Part shown: positions 1 through 13,960 of the stretch, piece after piece
Layout: each line of letters begins with the position of its first letter
How positions within the stretch are numbered: the first letter of the stretch is position 1
Source: Pecten maximus
Taxonomy: Eukaryota
NCBI RefSeq assembly: GCF_902652985.1
Contig: NC_047023.1
Span: 24,056,001 to 24,120,000, forward strand
DNA: 64,000 nucleotides
Reading direction: 5' to 3'
Translations under genes and position numbers: made by a program
The notes under the pieces: generated by a model
Told to the model about the DNA's origin: nothing
Database searches by the model: none
What the model saw: only the letters and a program-made list of their open reading frames with translations

Positions 1-2750
1 AGGTATCTCCGCTCTGCTCTACATGCATATAAATGTAGCTGGTTAAAACGATTATATCCCTTGACCTCGCTTAGCTGTGTTTTAGTTCTGTATGTTAGTC
101 TGCGAGCTAAAACATCCCTGATCAACCAAAACACACTTACAATCGGATGTTTACTCCGAGCCAATCAGGCTTCGCCACGGGACATATACCTGGTCTTTGG
201 AACCAGAAACTTGCTATATATCTCGGTCCCATACTTTATACTATATTCTAACGACTCTACCAATAGGTAGCATATAATAATAATATAACCGTAACATAAA
301 CTGTTATGACCAAGTAATTGATTGAAAGAATATACATTCCTACATATATGTATACTCGCCTGCATTATTTGTGTAGCCGTGTCTGCCTTAGATAAATTAA
401 ATCTTGCTCCAGTGACTCAATTAAGAATTGAATATTGCTTTTCCAATGTCGATGAAAAGTAAACAAAGCCTACATAGATTAATGATAGCAATCAAATGAA
501 GAAGGACGAAAGGTCAAAGATGAGAACGTTATTTAAATTTCAAATCATCGCGCCAGCAATGGATTTGGCTTTGGCCATGCTATTTTGAAAGCAAATACGG
601 AGCCTTCTATCTCTTATAAACAGGAGCCACTTCTATGTGCTCGATACAATTATTTGAACAAAATGAGATATTTATCGTAATTTAGTATCAGTGGTAGATG
701 GATGTGAAGCAATCATACCAAGACCCTTTACTCGATCGATAGGTTTTATTCCATGAAATAAGCTTTTAACGGGCCTATAAAGTATTATCAGTCCACACAT
801 AACTACAATCTGAAAATCCCTTGAGAGAATTCCCAAAACCACGTAACAAGACAACTTGTAGGGTAATGAACCCTAGTGTGTGTTTTCATTCCGAACAACC
901 ACAGGGGAAATGTTCCACAACTACCAAGAACAAATCAAAGTGTTACGCCTGTAGTAGGATCATTTCACTGTAAGCACAATGTTTATAGTCTATTATTTGA
1001 CATTGACATTTAAAATTGAATACTATATCATCATTGACGACCCCTGGCTTCCTACTAAATGATAAACATTAATGACATCACATCTCCTATATTAAGGAAA
1101 TGCATTTAGAAACAAAGAAATTACTGATAATCTCTCATTTTTAGCCTTTTAGCTAAGCTCATGGACATCCTGAAACCAACGCGACAATACACAATTGTTA
1201 CTTCCGTGGGATTCCGCCATTACATACTTTCACGGATATGATGTATTAGTGAAAACAAGATATACTTTAGAAATAAGATTGATAGAAAAAAAAAGTAAAA
1301 CCCCTCTCGTACTTTCGTAAAATGAAACATCATTTTTCGTTAAACTTTTAATAAAACCGTGAATGTTTGAATTATAGAATAAGAACATTTAAAGTATTTC
1401 GAAATCAAAATGTGTTTGTGTGTATGGAAACTTAAATGAAAATCGGATTGTTATTTGGCGCTAACGGAAACATGAAGCGGTCCATCGGTAGACGATACAA
1501 ATATATCCACATTATTATCAATGTACTCGTGTAGCATTCATACAGTTTGACATACACACATCTGCAACCTTCATTAGACATAGTCATTTGCCAATGGGTA
1601 TCAACCATAATTTGGTAATAATTGTTGAAATGCTTGTGACGATGGTTTCAATAGGCAAAATAAATAATTTATTAATAAATCTATATTGCTTTGAATAGCT
1701 AATAAAAGAGCAGTGAATCCATTTCTTACATAACGAATCCGTAAATGAAAGGATATCTTCGAAGGTGCCTATGCTACATGTAAATGTTAAATACTTAAAG
1801 ACTTGAATATAATTACATTATTACATTACTTATATAGCGTTTTACTCCCTACTTAAGCCACAACCGAGAAGCAGACTGTCTAACAAACATTCCTGATTTC
1901 GTGACAGCGTTCCAAGTTAAACGCTTGTAAAGAAATATGTTTATATTTAAATAAATGTATTCAGGATTTATATAAGCAAGCCGAAAAATGTGAGTTAAGG
2001 TGTTCATAAAGGCGCATCAACACTAATGTTTAATAAATTTCGTAATTCATAGATAGTAAATAATGTTACAAGGTGTTTGTACAATAGATGTCGCTATAGT
2101 TACAGAATATAACAAAATTAATGTAAAATGGATTAACTATATTAAAAACAACGTGCAGGTTTCTATGTTGTATTATTAGTGCTACCGGGCAGCATTACTG
2201 TAAAACGTGGTTATGTATTAGCCCCTTAACCAGACAGTTTGAAGAGTGATATTTCCTTAATACTTTCATTTCCATGCTGCATTATGTTGGATGAATGTGA
2301 AAATTACTATATGGATACGTTAATGTGGAGCTGATATTGTATTTAATATAAGAAAAATTATATTGAGTTTTGGGTAAGATATCTAATGCTAATAAAACGT
2401 GCAAACGAAGTAGAAAGGAGAACATATATATAGGTGTGTTGATGTATTAAGTAAAAAGTAATTAACCCAAGAGGATAATTAAATCCAAACCCCATTCATT
2501 GGAATAATGAGCAACAATGAAGTGTCCATATCTCTCACCAACTGCTTTGTTGATGTATACATTGTGTTCATTGTGAAACAGATGATAAAAAATATAATCT
2601 TTCCTATAAAACTTAAGAAGATTTAATAGCCTCATATTTGTAAATAAAGTGAAAAAAACATGTCGCGATTTATTCCAAAAATAAATATTAAAAAAAATAA
2701 AATTTAAGGGTTCCTGGATACACCATGTCTATTAAACACAATGAGATTCA

Positions 2751-2889
2751 TTGTTATGTTCTTGTGATGTTGTCGCTAATCTTGTGTTATGTCCTAGTGA
2801 TGTTGTCGCTAATCTTGTGTTATGTCCTAGTGATGTTGTCGCTAATCTTGTGTTATGTCCTAGTGATGTTTTCGCTAATATTGTGTTAC
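2751..2889. repeat. 33-bp minisatellite, about 4 copies
   Basis: Unit TGTTATGTCCTAGTGATGTTGTCGCTAATCTTG repeated directly. Confidence 0.9.
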
Positions 2890-4794
2890 TTTAAAGGGCG
2901 TATTTACAATCAAGTCGTTATAAGTATTAAAGTCACATATACTACGACAACTAACGTTTGGGTCACATGTCACATGAATATTGGGGTATAAATTGTGCTA
3001 TGGCCCTGAATTGTTGAGTTAGTAATAATTGCTTAAATAACCTTGGCCTATATTTACCACGACATGGATGTATGTTTTGTATAGAATGGTTTATCGCTTA
3101 CAAAATGTGTCACATGAACACGTGAGGCTAAATATGAATAGCAGTATCTATGTACGTGTATTGTTAAAATAGTTCAAAATGTATAACATCGTAATATTTA
3201 TAGATCTATTTTTGTAGGGGAGGTGGCTAAATCACACAGCAGATTTGGTAACCAATGAAGGGCAATTTATATTCTTGAACTTGAAGTACATTTGTAATAA
3301 TGTCACAAAGTCGCCAAACCTTTATATCCCTTATGAACAAGAATGCAGAAGGATTGTCACGACGTTTATCGTTATAGAGCTCAGTATCAGTACAGATTCC
3401 CTTGATTTTTTTCGTTACTTTGTTTCCTTGATAAGGAATTTACGTCGTGCCATTAGCTCCTTAAAATATCAATTGGCGAATGAATTCTCGATGCTCATAA
3501 TGCCATTTTGTATCTCTGAAATATCACTATCTAGATATATATCACACATCATCTAATCACATTTCACTAGCACATCGCTAACTAGATCTGTGTGTAACTG
3601 TTATACATGTGAAGCCCGTTACATGTTATATACTAGAAAGAAGGGATGACTCATTAAAACAAGTGACATATTGAATTTAGGGTTGTTCTATACAGAATGA
3701 CAACGATATATCATGTGTAAAGACTACTGCGAACTATTGCAGAGGTAGGAACTGGCAGTTTTGGCGACGGTACATTATAGTACAGGCGTTAAAAACTCTC
3801 TGAAGCTGAACAGCTATACATAAATTTTCAATTTTATCACAGAAAAATGTAAGATGGAGTCAAGTAATACAGGATATATAATAGGAGCACTTCGATAATG
3901 GCTGCACCCTGCGATCCTACAGATAACTATACTGTGTTTATTCGAGCTACTGTTGTATAATATATTCCAAATGATGTTTTTGTTCCAAACCAAAATAAGA
4001 ATGTAGATTAGTCTATTTGCAAAATTTACGTCTGAATCGATCCTACTTTACTTTCGATACACCAATCATCTATAGAAATGAACTGAACTGTTCATGGATT
4101 GACACTCACAGTCCTCAATCTATCCAAAACTGCAGGGAAAGATTCGATCGCTATACAGATTTGATTTGAAGGACCATTCCTAAGGCCTAATACATGATGG
4201 ACCTTCTATGGGGTCGAATACCCGAATACCCTGGACTTTCAATATGGCCGAATGCCTGCAAATTACTTGGACTGCCAACAAGGCTTAATATCTACGAATG
4301 AAGACGCTTTACAGAACCAAACTGTCCCAGACAAGTCAGCATATAAAACACCATGGTAATGGCCACATATTCTTTAACCTCGTTTGGATCATCATTTCTA
4401 TACAACCTAAGTATTACGTATCACTTAAAACATTCAGAATCGGTTATTGTCACATAAAACATTTCAGCATCGGTTATTATCACACAAAACAAGCTATTGA
4501 CTGAAACTTTAAAGTAATGGATGTCAAATAGAAGGGTAAAGTTAAAAATGTCAAAGTCACCACGTCAAACGTCAAAGTTCCTACATATGTAATTTCCATC
4601 AATTTCTTGGTGTTATATTAGTGTTTTACAACGGATATCGCTGCTCAAGTAGTTTGATATCCCAAGAGATAAAACTGACCACTGTAGATACAGACATCGT
4701 GCCATTTACATTTAACAACTAAATGAGTAATATAATAATCAGTTAGATTAACTATATAATGATGAATATGGTATATAACTCGACAATTTGTTCC

Positions 4795-5135
4795 TGTTAA
4801 GGTTATGTTTGATCCGGAATAAGGAAGAATCTCATAACAAGTTTATGTTTGGTCTCGAGTTAGGATGGATTTCGGGATATGTTTATGTTCGGTCCGGAAT
4901 AAGGACGAATTTCGCGACAAGCATGTTTTATGTTTGGTCCGGAATACGGTAGAATTTCGTTACAAGTTTATGTTTGGTCCGGGTTAAGGAAGAATTTCGC
5001 GACCTGTTTGTGTTAGGTCCAGAACAAGGCAGAGTTTTGTGACATGCATGTTTATTTTTGGTCCTGAATAAGGTAGAGTTTCGCAACAAGTTTATGTTTG
5101 GCCTAACTGTTAGAATAAGGAAGAATTTCACAACT
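4795..5135. repeat. Degenerate ~40-bp minisatellite, about 8 copies
   Basis: Recurrent AAGTTTATGTTTGGTCCGGAATAAGGAAGAATTTCGCGAC-like units. Confidence 0.8.
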
Positions 5136-8100
5136 ATTTAACGATTAGTCCAGCGTTAGAAAGAATAACAATGCTTTGTTATATACCCTGCTAAATAAAT
5201 ACGTCACTGATTGTGGTGTACGTTTACATATTGTGTTAGGCATTACTTTGGATAATCCCGTTCTTATTGAAAACGATTCGATCTGCCTTCAAAACAAGCA
5301 AGAACCATCCCATTATCGGATGTAAAGATAAATATTACATCACATTGTCGCCGCCATCTTCGTCAAAGTGCGGAACTTACACAAGGCGTTTTTCTTCCGA
5401 CTGATCACAAACTGTTTTTTCAATCTCATTTTATCGAGGTTTCCATCTTTTAAAATTCTGTTCACATGGAACTCATTATTCTCTTGCGTGCTGAAAATGG
5501 ATTTACATGGCACAGTGGTTTTAGGGGTAAATTAACTTCAATATACAAAGTATATCTGACATATGAACTGTATGAAGATGTCAAATGACACGAACATAGC
5601 TAGAAATAAATATGGAATCATTTTTTAAGAAAACTATTTATGGACAAGTTGCTACCTCTCACGAAATTTACTGAATTTATTTCAATAATACTGTCAGATT
5701 CTATTGTAAGGCATCTCTGGTGGACATGGTAAGATCGTTTGTGGTTATACGATCAGTTGAATTATATGTTATAGACCAAATCTTATATCAGATTGATGTT
5801 TTTTTCATGTGACAAAGTAAACTGTTTTGTAAAGATGATTAGTATCGATGTAAAACATTTGATATTACAACATATGAATTAGAATCATTCACGCCACATC
5901 ATCAGATCGTCATGGTTATATCCGAACTCGATAGAGATACAATGTATACAACAAGAATATATTATGATAGCATGCCTCCCAATAGAACCGTCTCAGACAG
6001 AAAGGCTTCAAGTGGGAAACAACGGCTAAAACTGTCTATACGTCTATATGATGCAATTGTCATGTCATACAGGAGATGCTGCTATTCAGCAAAGGAAAGG
6101 TAACGACCAAGTCCCCATGAGTCTGTTATTGTAGTGAACGCAATTGCCATATTATGATGGTACATGCAAGTGATTCCATAGTCATCAATAAAGTAGGCAA
6201 GGGATATCGATATACACAAAATAGTAATCCTAACTAAAATCGGGGACAAAAATATAAACTAAATGCAGATTTACATTGGGACCTTTGAAGGAATATCAGC
6301 ACAGATTAGGATTTCGTAAGAATAAAAAATGGCAAAACATCATTTATTCATCCAATGGATTCGTACAACTAAATGCAACTTTACCGAGTAAATAATCATT
6401 ATTATGGTATACGATTTGTAGAAAGTCTAAATATATCTAACTAGACAGATTTACAAACGTTCACGCGGCCCTGGTTGCGTCACAACAGGTATGCATTATT
6501 ACAAAAAAAAACGAAAAGAATAATACAAAGCTATTCAATTGCGACCCCAATACTCTGCATAAAGTCTGTGATCGAGTAAGATGTAGATACCGTGTATTTT
6601 TTTTATTTATTGGATGATGAATACCGTGTCGGAGCTGTATGAAGTTGTATGAAGTCTCATATTTCAAAATGAAGAGAGAGAAAAATATAATTACGAAGAT
6701 AGGAAGGATATTTTGAAAATTGTGGGGGAAAAAACAATTAGAAATGATTTCTATAGAACAGACTTTGCTACTTCTGCAGAATACAATTTAAAACGTACAA
6801 AGAGAATAACTCCAGGCATTCCGGGAGGTTTACATTGTTTTGTTACATCGACGAACTCAGCCATGAAAATGTCAATCCCTGGCAGTGTCATGTAAGAACC
6901 AGGGTTGTAACTACAGAACTATCAGACATCAAGCACATCTAACATGGCACAAGAAGTGTTTCCTTATGATAACATGATGTCACGCATAAAAACATGGTTT
7001 CCTAAATCTTACTCTCTAGTCGAGGCTCTGTCCATCCACAGTCGCCATCTGCCACTAAACTCACGACGTTTGCTATACGTCCTTGAATATCGAATAAACT
7101 TGGACATATACACAATAATGAAATTTCTTACATCAACTTTCCTACGGCTATACAAAAACAAATTTAACAGACAATCTGTAGTCTGGACTCTATAGGTAAA
7201 AGGCGTACGAGGTCCCTGTTGTGTGTTCTACTTTATATAGTTTATCTTTTTAGTTTCAAATGCGGGCGAGTATGATGATCATTTAGTCATGACTGGTGAT
7301 CGTCACAACAATCCAATTATAATATGAAATATGAATGCTATTGTGGATAACACAAAAAGAAGGTATATAAAAATAACGTTTTTGTATTTCTACATTTTGT
7401 AATCCCAAAAAGGTCGTTACCTTTATCTTTAGTCAAAATGTTAAGGGGTATCTAAACATCAAATCCATTCAAAACAGTGATATTTTACAAGCATATAGCT
7501 TCCTACCATGGTACAATATAACAGAAGTAGCATAAAATGCATGTTTCAGGGGAACATACTTAGCTCATGTGTATCGCATAAATAACACCAAATACTCATC
7601 ATGTCGTTTTGCCCAGAAGTGTCTAAAACAAAAAATAGGAGCATTGGTTGGACAAGATTTGACTTTGTAATATTATTTTGACCTTGAAATCCAGAAGGCG
7701 GCTGTGAATAACATCACACAAATATGGCTTACAAGGAGTAATTTCAAACATCAAAAATGTTCTTATTATACAATATAGAGAACTCTAGACATGGCAAGAA
7801 AATTTTTTTCAAGAAAAAATGTTCAACAGTTGAATTTGAGGTAAAAGATGCAAATTTCTAAAAAGGCCGAAAACTCACCATTAATTAAAATGTTTCCCTT
7901 CCTGCTTTATTCGTGTGATATTATTCACAGCCGCCATTTGCATTCAGGGTACAACAAATACGTGTTATACGTACAAAAAAACCAAAACCGGTCAAATAAC
8001 TGCTTCTCACCTGTTAGACACATATTAGCATACGAGCTTGAGTATTGTTCAAGTTTGGTTATTTGTGTGACTTACGATTATTCGATGCTACATCTTACCA

Positions 8101-9359
8101 TTAAGTAACTCTATAGAAGAAACTGTTTCCATATACAGCAAATTATTGGTGATTTTGAGAAGCTACATGTCTAAACAAACATCTTTTGTATATTGCCTGG
8201 CTAGTTTTGAGCAAAGGAGTAGGTGCATTTAGGGTCATTTTTGGCCCCATCTTTGATTTAATTGAATTACATACCAGTCTAACAATGACATATGAAATTT
8301 ATCAAATATGGAGTTTCAAACAATTCTGACATAAGGTTGCCTAGCAACAGGCCTGGTAACGCACCTATTACATTTGCTCATTTTAATGGTGAAATTCTAC
8401 AGTTTTTCTTTAATTTTATATCTTAAAGTTTGTCAATCAATGATTAAACTTGGAAATATGGTTATATTTTATTCTATTGTAAACTTTAATGTAATACTGT
8501 CTAGGTTACCTACATGTAGATCTAGGTTTTACCCTTGTAATACATAGCAACCAATTTTTCTCCATAGCAACAGCAAGACAATTTCAATGAAATGGGGAGA
8601 TAAATGATTGAATGTTACAAGAATCTTAATTTGACTAAGATCTCTTTGTTAATACCCTTGTTATCCTTATCCATAATTACCTCTTAATTAAAAGTATTGC
8701 CCCTACCAGAGAAACCTGGGAGACTAGTTTTTCTGTCTGCCCATATTGTACAGACATATCATAATGCCAAAGTCAGTCAGCACTCAAGTGACTGTTTTCA
8801 ATTTCATAGCTTTGTATCAAGGTCACTGTTACTGTTTTTAGAAGAGCCTGTAGGGGACATGTGTTGCTTAAGCAATACCCAGTGTGCTTATTTTAGGATA
8901 ACTGTGGATTTATCATTCTTTCAGAACTGACTGGCAGATATGTAACCGCCAAATACAGAAATCAGGTTCAATTTATGACCCATGTTTGGAATATTAATTG
9001 TTGAAATTAACTCTCTTTTCTTTAATTCTGCTACTAGCTTATCTGTGACTGCAGAAATACATGTACTGTTTCAATACATAACCAGATCAGTTCCATGTTA
9101 ATTAAAATGCAAAGTTTGTTCAACCTGCTGAACACCAACAAAGTTGGATGAATAATATCTTTATGTCTACATTTAATTTTACTGTATTTTTCCATTACCT
9201 GTTGCATGCACAACTGAGCTTGAATGAACTTTGCATTATAAAAAAGAAAAGAAATATTACAAACAAGCTATACAACATTACACAAACATTTTAATTTGAG
9301 ACCATAACTGTCTATTTCATTCTATCCAATACTACAGAAACATCACTTTAATAAATTGG

Positions 9360-10120
9360 GATCACATTCACCCATACTATAACAATAGAGTCCTTCACAT
9401 TCACCCATACTATAACAATAGAGTCCTTCACATTCACCCATACTATAACAAAAGAGTCCTTCACATTCACCCATACTATAACAATAGAGTCCTTCACATT
9501 CACCCATACTATAACAAAAGAGTCCTTCACATTCACCCATACTATACCAATAGAGTCCTTCACATTCACCCATACTATAACAAAAGAGTCATTCACATTC
9601 ACCGATACTATAACAAAAGAGTCCTTCACATTCACCCATACTATAACAAAAGAGTCATTCACATTCACCCATACTATAACAAAAGAGTCATTCACATTCA
9701 CCCATACTATAACAAAAGAGTCCTTCACATTCACCCATACTATAACAATAGAGTCCTTCACATTCACCCATACTATAACAATAGAGTCCTTCACATTCAC
9801 CCATACTATAACAAAAGAGTCCTTCACATTCACCCATACTATAACAATAGAGTCCTTCACATTCACCCATACTATAACAAAAGAGTCCTTCACATTCACC
9901 CATACTATACCAATAGAGTCCTTCACATTCACCCATACTATAACAAAAGAGTCATTCACATTCACCGATACTATAACAAAAGAGTCCTTCACATTCACCC
10001 ATACTATAACAAAAGAGTCATTCACATTCACCCATACTATAACAAAAGAGTCATTCACATTCACCCATACTATAACAAAAGAGTCCTTCACATTCACCCA
10101 TACTAAAACAATAGACTTCT
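9360..10120. repeat. 33-bp minisatellite, about 23 copies, with an 11-unit higher-order period
   Basis: Unit CATTCACCCATACTATAACAAAAGAGTCCTTCA; rare variants recur 363 bp apart. Confidence 0.97.
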
Positions 10121-11780
10121 TCACAAATACTTTGATATGTAGTGACAGTATCAAGCTTTAGTGTTATAATAAAAAGATATCAGAATTCCTGTCATCTTTA
10201 CGGTACTCATTCTCAATTGTTAGACTCTCCAATTACTACTTACACATTTGGCTTGTATCACATACGAAGTTAAAACCAGTTTACATAGTGTTTGTAGTCT
10301 TAATTAGGCAAATACACTGTATCGAATTGATTTACTCTTGTGCACCAAGCACTAACATATATGAACACACACACACTGCTCCATAATCTGGTGTTTAAAC
10401 CATATTTAAACTATCTGGTACATGCATTTTAAGCTAACATTAGCAATATCATGACAAAGAAACCTGTGGAAATTACATTATTTAATACATAATGTCTAAT
10501 TTAACTATTTCTCATATCACTTGCACATAGTGTACATCATTATCTGTATACAGCTGTACTTCCTATTTGAAGAAACAGGTTGCCGATCCCCAAGCTTGAT
10601 CCTTTTATTGCACATAATGCAAGGGTAACTCTTGGGACCAGCCCCAGGCATTTCTGAAATAAACAAGTTTGTAATTAAGTTTACTCAACTTCATCAAATA
10701 TTTGTACAATTATATATAAATGATATAGATACTGTTATACATATATACATAAGTCTGCCTTTTCTTGTCAGTCCAACACCAGATGATAAGATATCTGCAT
10801 CTTAATTAAAGATCTGTTTATTTGAAATAACATATCAATATGATTTGAAGAGGTATCACTCGTATCAGTATTTAGAAGAAAACAGAGAAATCTTTATCTT
10901 CATTAGAATAGAGATTTCAGTAGTTTGATTAGTTATCAGCATTTGAATTCAAAATGAATAACAGATATCTGTGTTTGCAAACAAAGATATTTATAGTTGT
11001 TGGGGAAATAAAGATATCTATATATGAAATGCAGAAACATCTACTTAAATAGATAATTTTGATATTTTATTTGGATAGAGATATCCAATATATGGTATAT
11101 GATATATGGCATTTTCCATTCACATATTTAATGCATATTTTATTATCATATCTAATATCTGAATACAAATCTACGCGTCAATTAAGTAGAAATTACAACA
11201 AAATTCTTGTCATTAACATACTTGATGAGTATTTTGACATGCATTTGTACAGGTGATTACCTGTTTGTTTGTTTTTTTTACATCATGTCTGCTTGTCAAA
11301 ATGTCTAATGTCTGGCGTTGGGGGTCAAAGAAAACAAAGACCATGTTATGACAATTGCTCACATGATTAATACAGTAATGAAAAAGTAATCACACTATAA
11401 GAGACTAAAATTGAACATGTTATCTTGTTTCATGGATATTCTAATAAGGTCAAATGACAAACTGTAGGAAATGATCCCTCTAAATACATGTATACCAGAT
11501 TGTATGAAACAATTACCTAAATAATGCAATAGAAACATGTACCTTAATTATTGTCTGAATTTCAGTAATAAAGGTCAAGGTTTTATCACAATGTGAATGA
11601 TACACTGTTTTATCAGAATGTGTACTGTACTGTAGTGCACTTTATTTGATGTTTGTTCAACAAAGGTGTTTTTCTTGTGTATGTAAACTAGATTCTCTAC
11701 GTTTTTTATTTTTAATTTTGCATGAGAGAATAATTAAAAAAATTTATCAAAAAATTGAAAAGATAAAAAAAATAAAAGAA

Positions 11781-12233
11781 TTTATTACATTTTTACCAGT
11801 GAAATATCAAAAATTATTCATTCTATAAAAGTGATATTTTTCACTAGTGAAAAAAAGTGAAAAATATCATATTTTTCACTAGTGAAAAATATCACTTTTG
11901 CTGATTTGACCAATCACATTAATGATTAGAAAATATCAAAATAATTGACCAATCAGAAAGCCCGACATATATGTCAGCACCTGGACAGGGGGAACTACTT
12001 TTTTAGGGAACTGTAGGCCTAGTTAGTATACGGGGTGGGTTTTTCGTTGATAAAAAATGTAACAAACAGAATATCTAACAGTGTCTTCAGTAATACCAAA
12101 TATATTTCACGAGTGTGGCTAATATTTTGATATTTTTCACTCGTGCTGCGCACTCGTGAAAAATATCAAAATATTAGCCACACTCGTGAAATATATTTGG
12201 TATTACTGAAGACACTGTTAGATATCCTCTATA
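11781..12233 (+). mobile_element. Non-autonomous hairpin-ended DNA element, copy 1 (Crypton- or Helentron-like architecture)
   Basis: Near-identical to 33119-33573; 5' terminus TTTATTACATTTTT has an internal inverted copy just before a ~160-bp hairpin (12068-12230). Superfamily assignment is inference. Confidence 0.85.
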
Positions 12234-13205
12234 CATCCAACCGGCATCAAACTTCAGACCTTTGCTATAGCGAGCCGACTGTGCTACACACTAACTAACT
12301 TGTACGAAACGTTTTATTTTGGACGGTTTCCTTTTTCACAAATGGTAAGATTCTACCTAGTAAATAATTAGAAAATATGCTGTGTGTTATTTCATAGTAA
12401 AGGGTATGGGAATAAATATATTTCAGTAACTTGGAGATGTTTTACAAAGTCGGGATCGAGGGAGAAGTTTGCCGTTCGGTATTGATTGAAATTATCTGAC
12501 CGCGAGCAGACGACATTTTCGTTAACTTATCAAACATGTTGGCCTGAGAAAATAACGCAATTTACAGTCAAATGTATTTATAAGTATTATTTCTTTACGG
12601 CATATTGTTCGTTGGTATATGTGATAATAGGATATATAAGCTACTACGATCATAAACAATCTGAACAGGCCGGCCCCTGGCGGCGAACCTTCCCCGTTCA
12701 GTCGTACAGAACGTGACTTCGTACAAAATCTGTAACTGGTTAATTACATACAAACACAACATAAAAACATACATGAACCCTGCTTCACATCTGCTAAATC
12801 AGCTCATTTTTCATTGTTGGTATATATACATAAAACGTGGAGAATATCGTAGACAGACAGGGAAAGCACACGTCAAAACTTCTTCGTCAATTCATGTAAA
12901 CAAACGACAAGTTCTGTCTAATAATTTGAAGCTGGAATGATTTCAGAACATCCGGACTGGCCACGGAATTTATACAATTCATTTAAGTAACTACATGCGT
13001 TATATAGTTTATTTGTGCGTGCAAATTGGTAGGTATGATTGTGAAAACAACATTTTAAATAATTTTTATGTCTGATATGTAGCCAAATAATTATATATTA
13101 TTTTCTGTTTTACAGTCCGGATTTCTAGTAAACCGATCATGATATTATAATTACCCCGAGTACCGATCGCAATGTATTTTTGACACAAAAAGTGAAAAAA
13201 AGATG

Positions 13206-13304
13206 TGGCCGCAGGCGTGCCCTTCTACCAAACTGATACCATAAATTAATTACAGCATGATAAATTTTTTCTCAAAGTTTGATAAAAGGGCACACCTGCG
13301 GCCA
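13206..13304. repeat. Inverted repeat, 29-bp arms with ~41-nt spacer
   Basis: TGGCCGCAGGCGTGCCCTTCTACCAAACT ... AGTTTGATAAAAGGGCACACCTGCGGCCA, three mismatches. Confidence 0.85.
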
Positions 13305-13689
13305 ACAATAAAACAGCAGTTAAAGGTCTGCAAAACAGCAGATTTTCAGAAAAACGCTGGTTTCTATGGAAACTAAGGACGCGAAAATTCCTCTTTCGGC
13401 GAATAATAATCACAAAAGAAGGTAAAATCAACAACACATGGTTAAGATACTAGATTTTATTATTTATCAAATCTGGGGCCGATTTCACCCCAAAACGGAC
13501 TTTTGTGATATGTATTTGTGTTTGAAATTCAACATTATTCTCCTATATATATGACTCTTAGGTGCAGTCTTAGATGCTTGTGGTTAAAGTGTAAAACCAA
13601 AGTGGCTCCACTTCCAAATAAGTCGACTCGGCTACGTACTCTAGTGAGCGGCCGAGTTTACTGTAGATGAACTGTAGATTTGCAAAAGT

Positions 13690-13960
13690 CTATTTAGAAT
13701 GTGCCCGCTGCGGTGTATCCAGATAGCTTCTTTCACCAATGTTGCCCTCTCCGTCAATCACTTTTTGAATTTTCCATGTCAACCACGTGGTTTTGTGAGG
13801 TGTGATCTCTGATGGCGGATTTGGTCTGATTGTAAATGTTTTGATCTGGCGAATTTGATGCCGATATTCTCTGGATGGTTTCAGATAATGTATGGAATGA
13901 CTACCAGTCTTTTCATGTGGTTATTTGACTTTGCTTTCTTTGAGATTTGACCTACTTTTC
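13690..13960 (-). mobile_element. Penelope-like retroelement relic (C-terminal GIY-YIG endonuclease region), frameshifted
   Basis: Minus-strand translation fragments RLVVIPYI ... KSAIRDHTSQNHVVDMENSK/VIDGEGN/VKEAIWIHRSGHILNR match the recalled Penelope pattern SA..H...H..DW....ID.E......KEAI.I......NR. Confidence 0.75.

Noticed and set aside
5341-5400. YY1-like CGCCATCTT and a minus-strand GTAAGT suggesting a minus-strand promoter/first exon
   Set aside because: Short motifs only; no downstream exons could be assembled.
9343-10154. Long repetitive ORFs (268 aa VWVNVKDS.. and YSMGECEGL..)
   Set aside because: Translations of a 33-bp minisatellite, open in several frames, with no unique domain or splice context.
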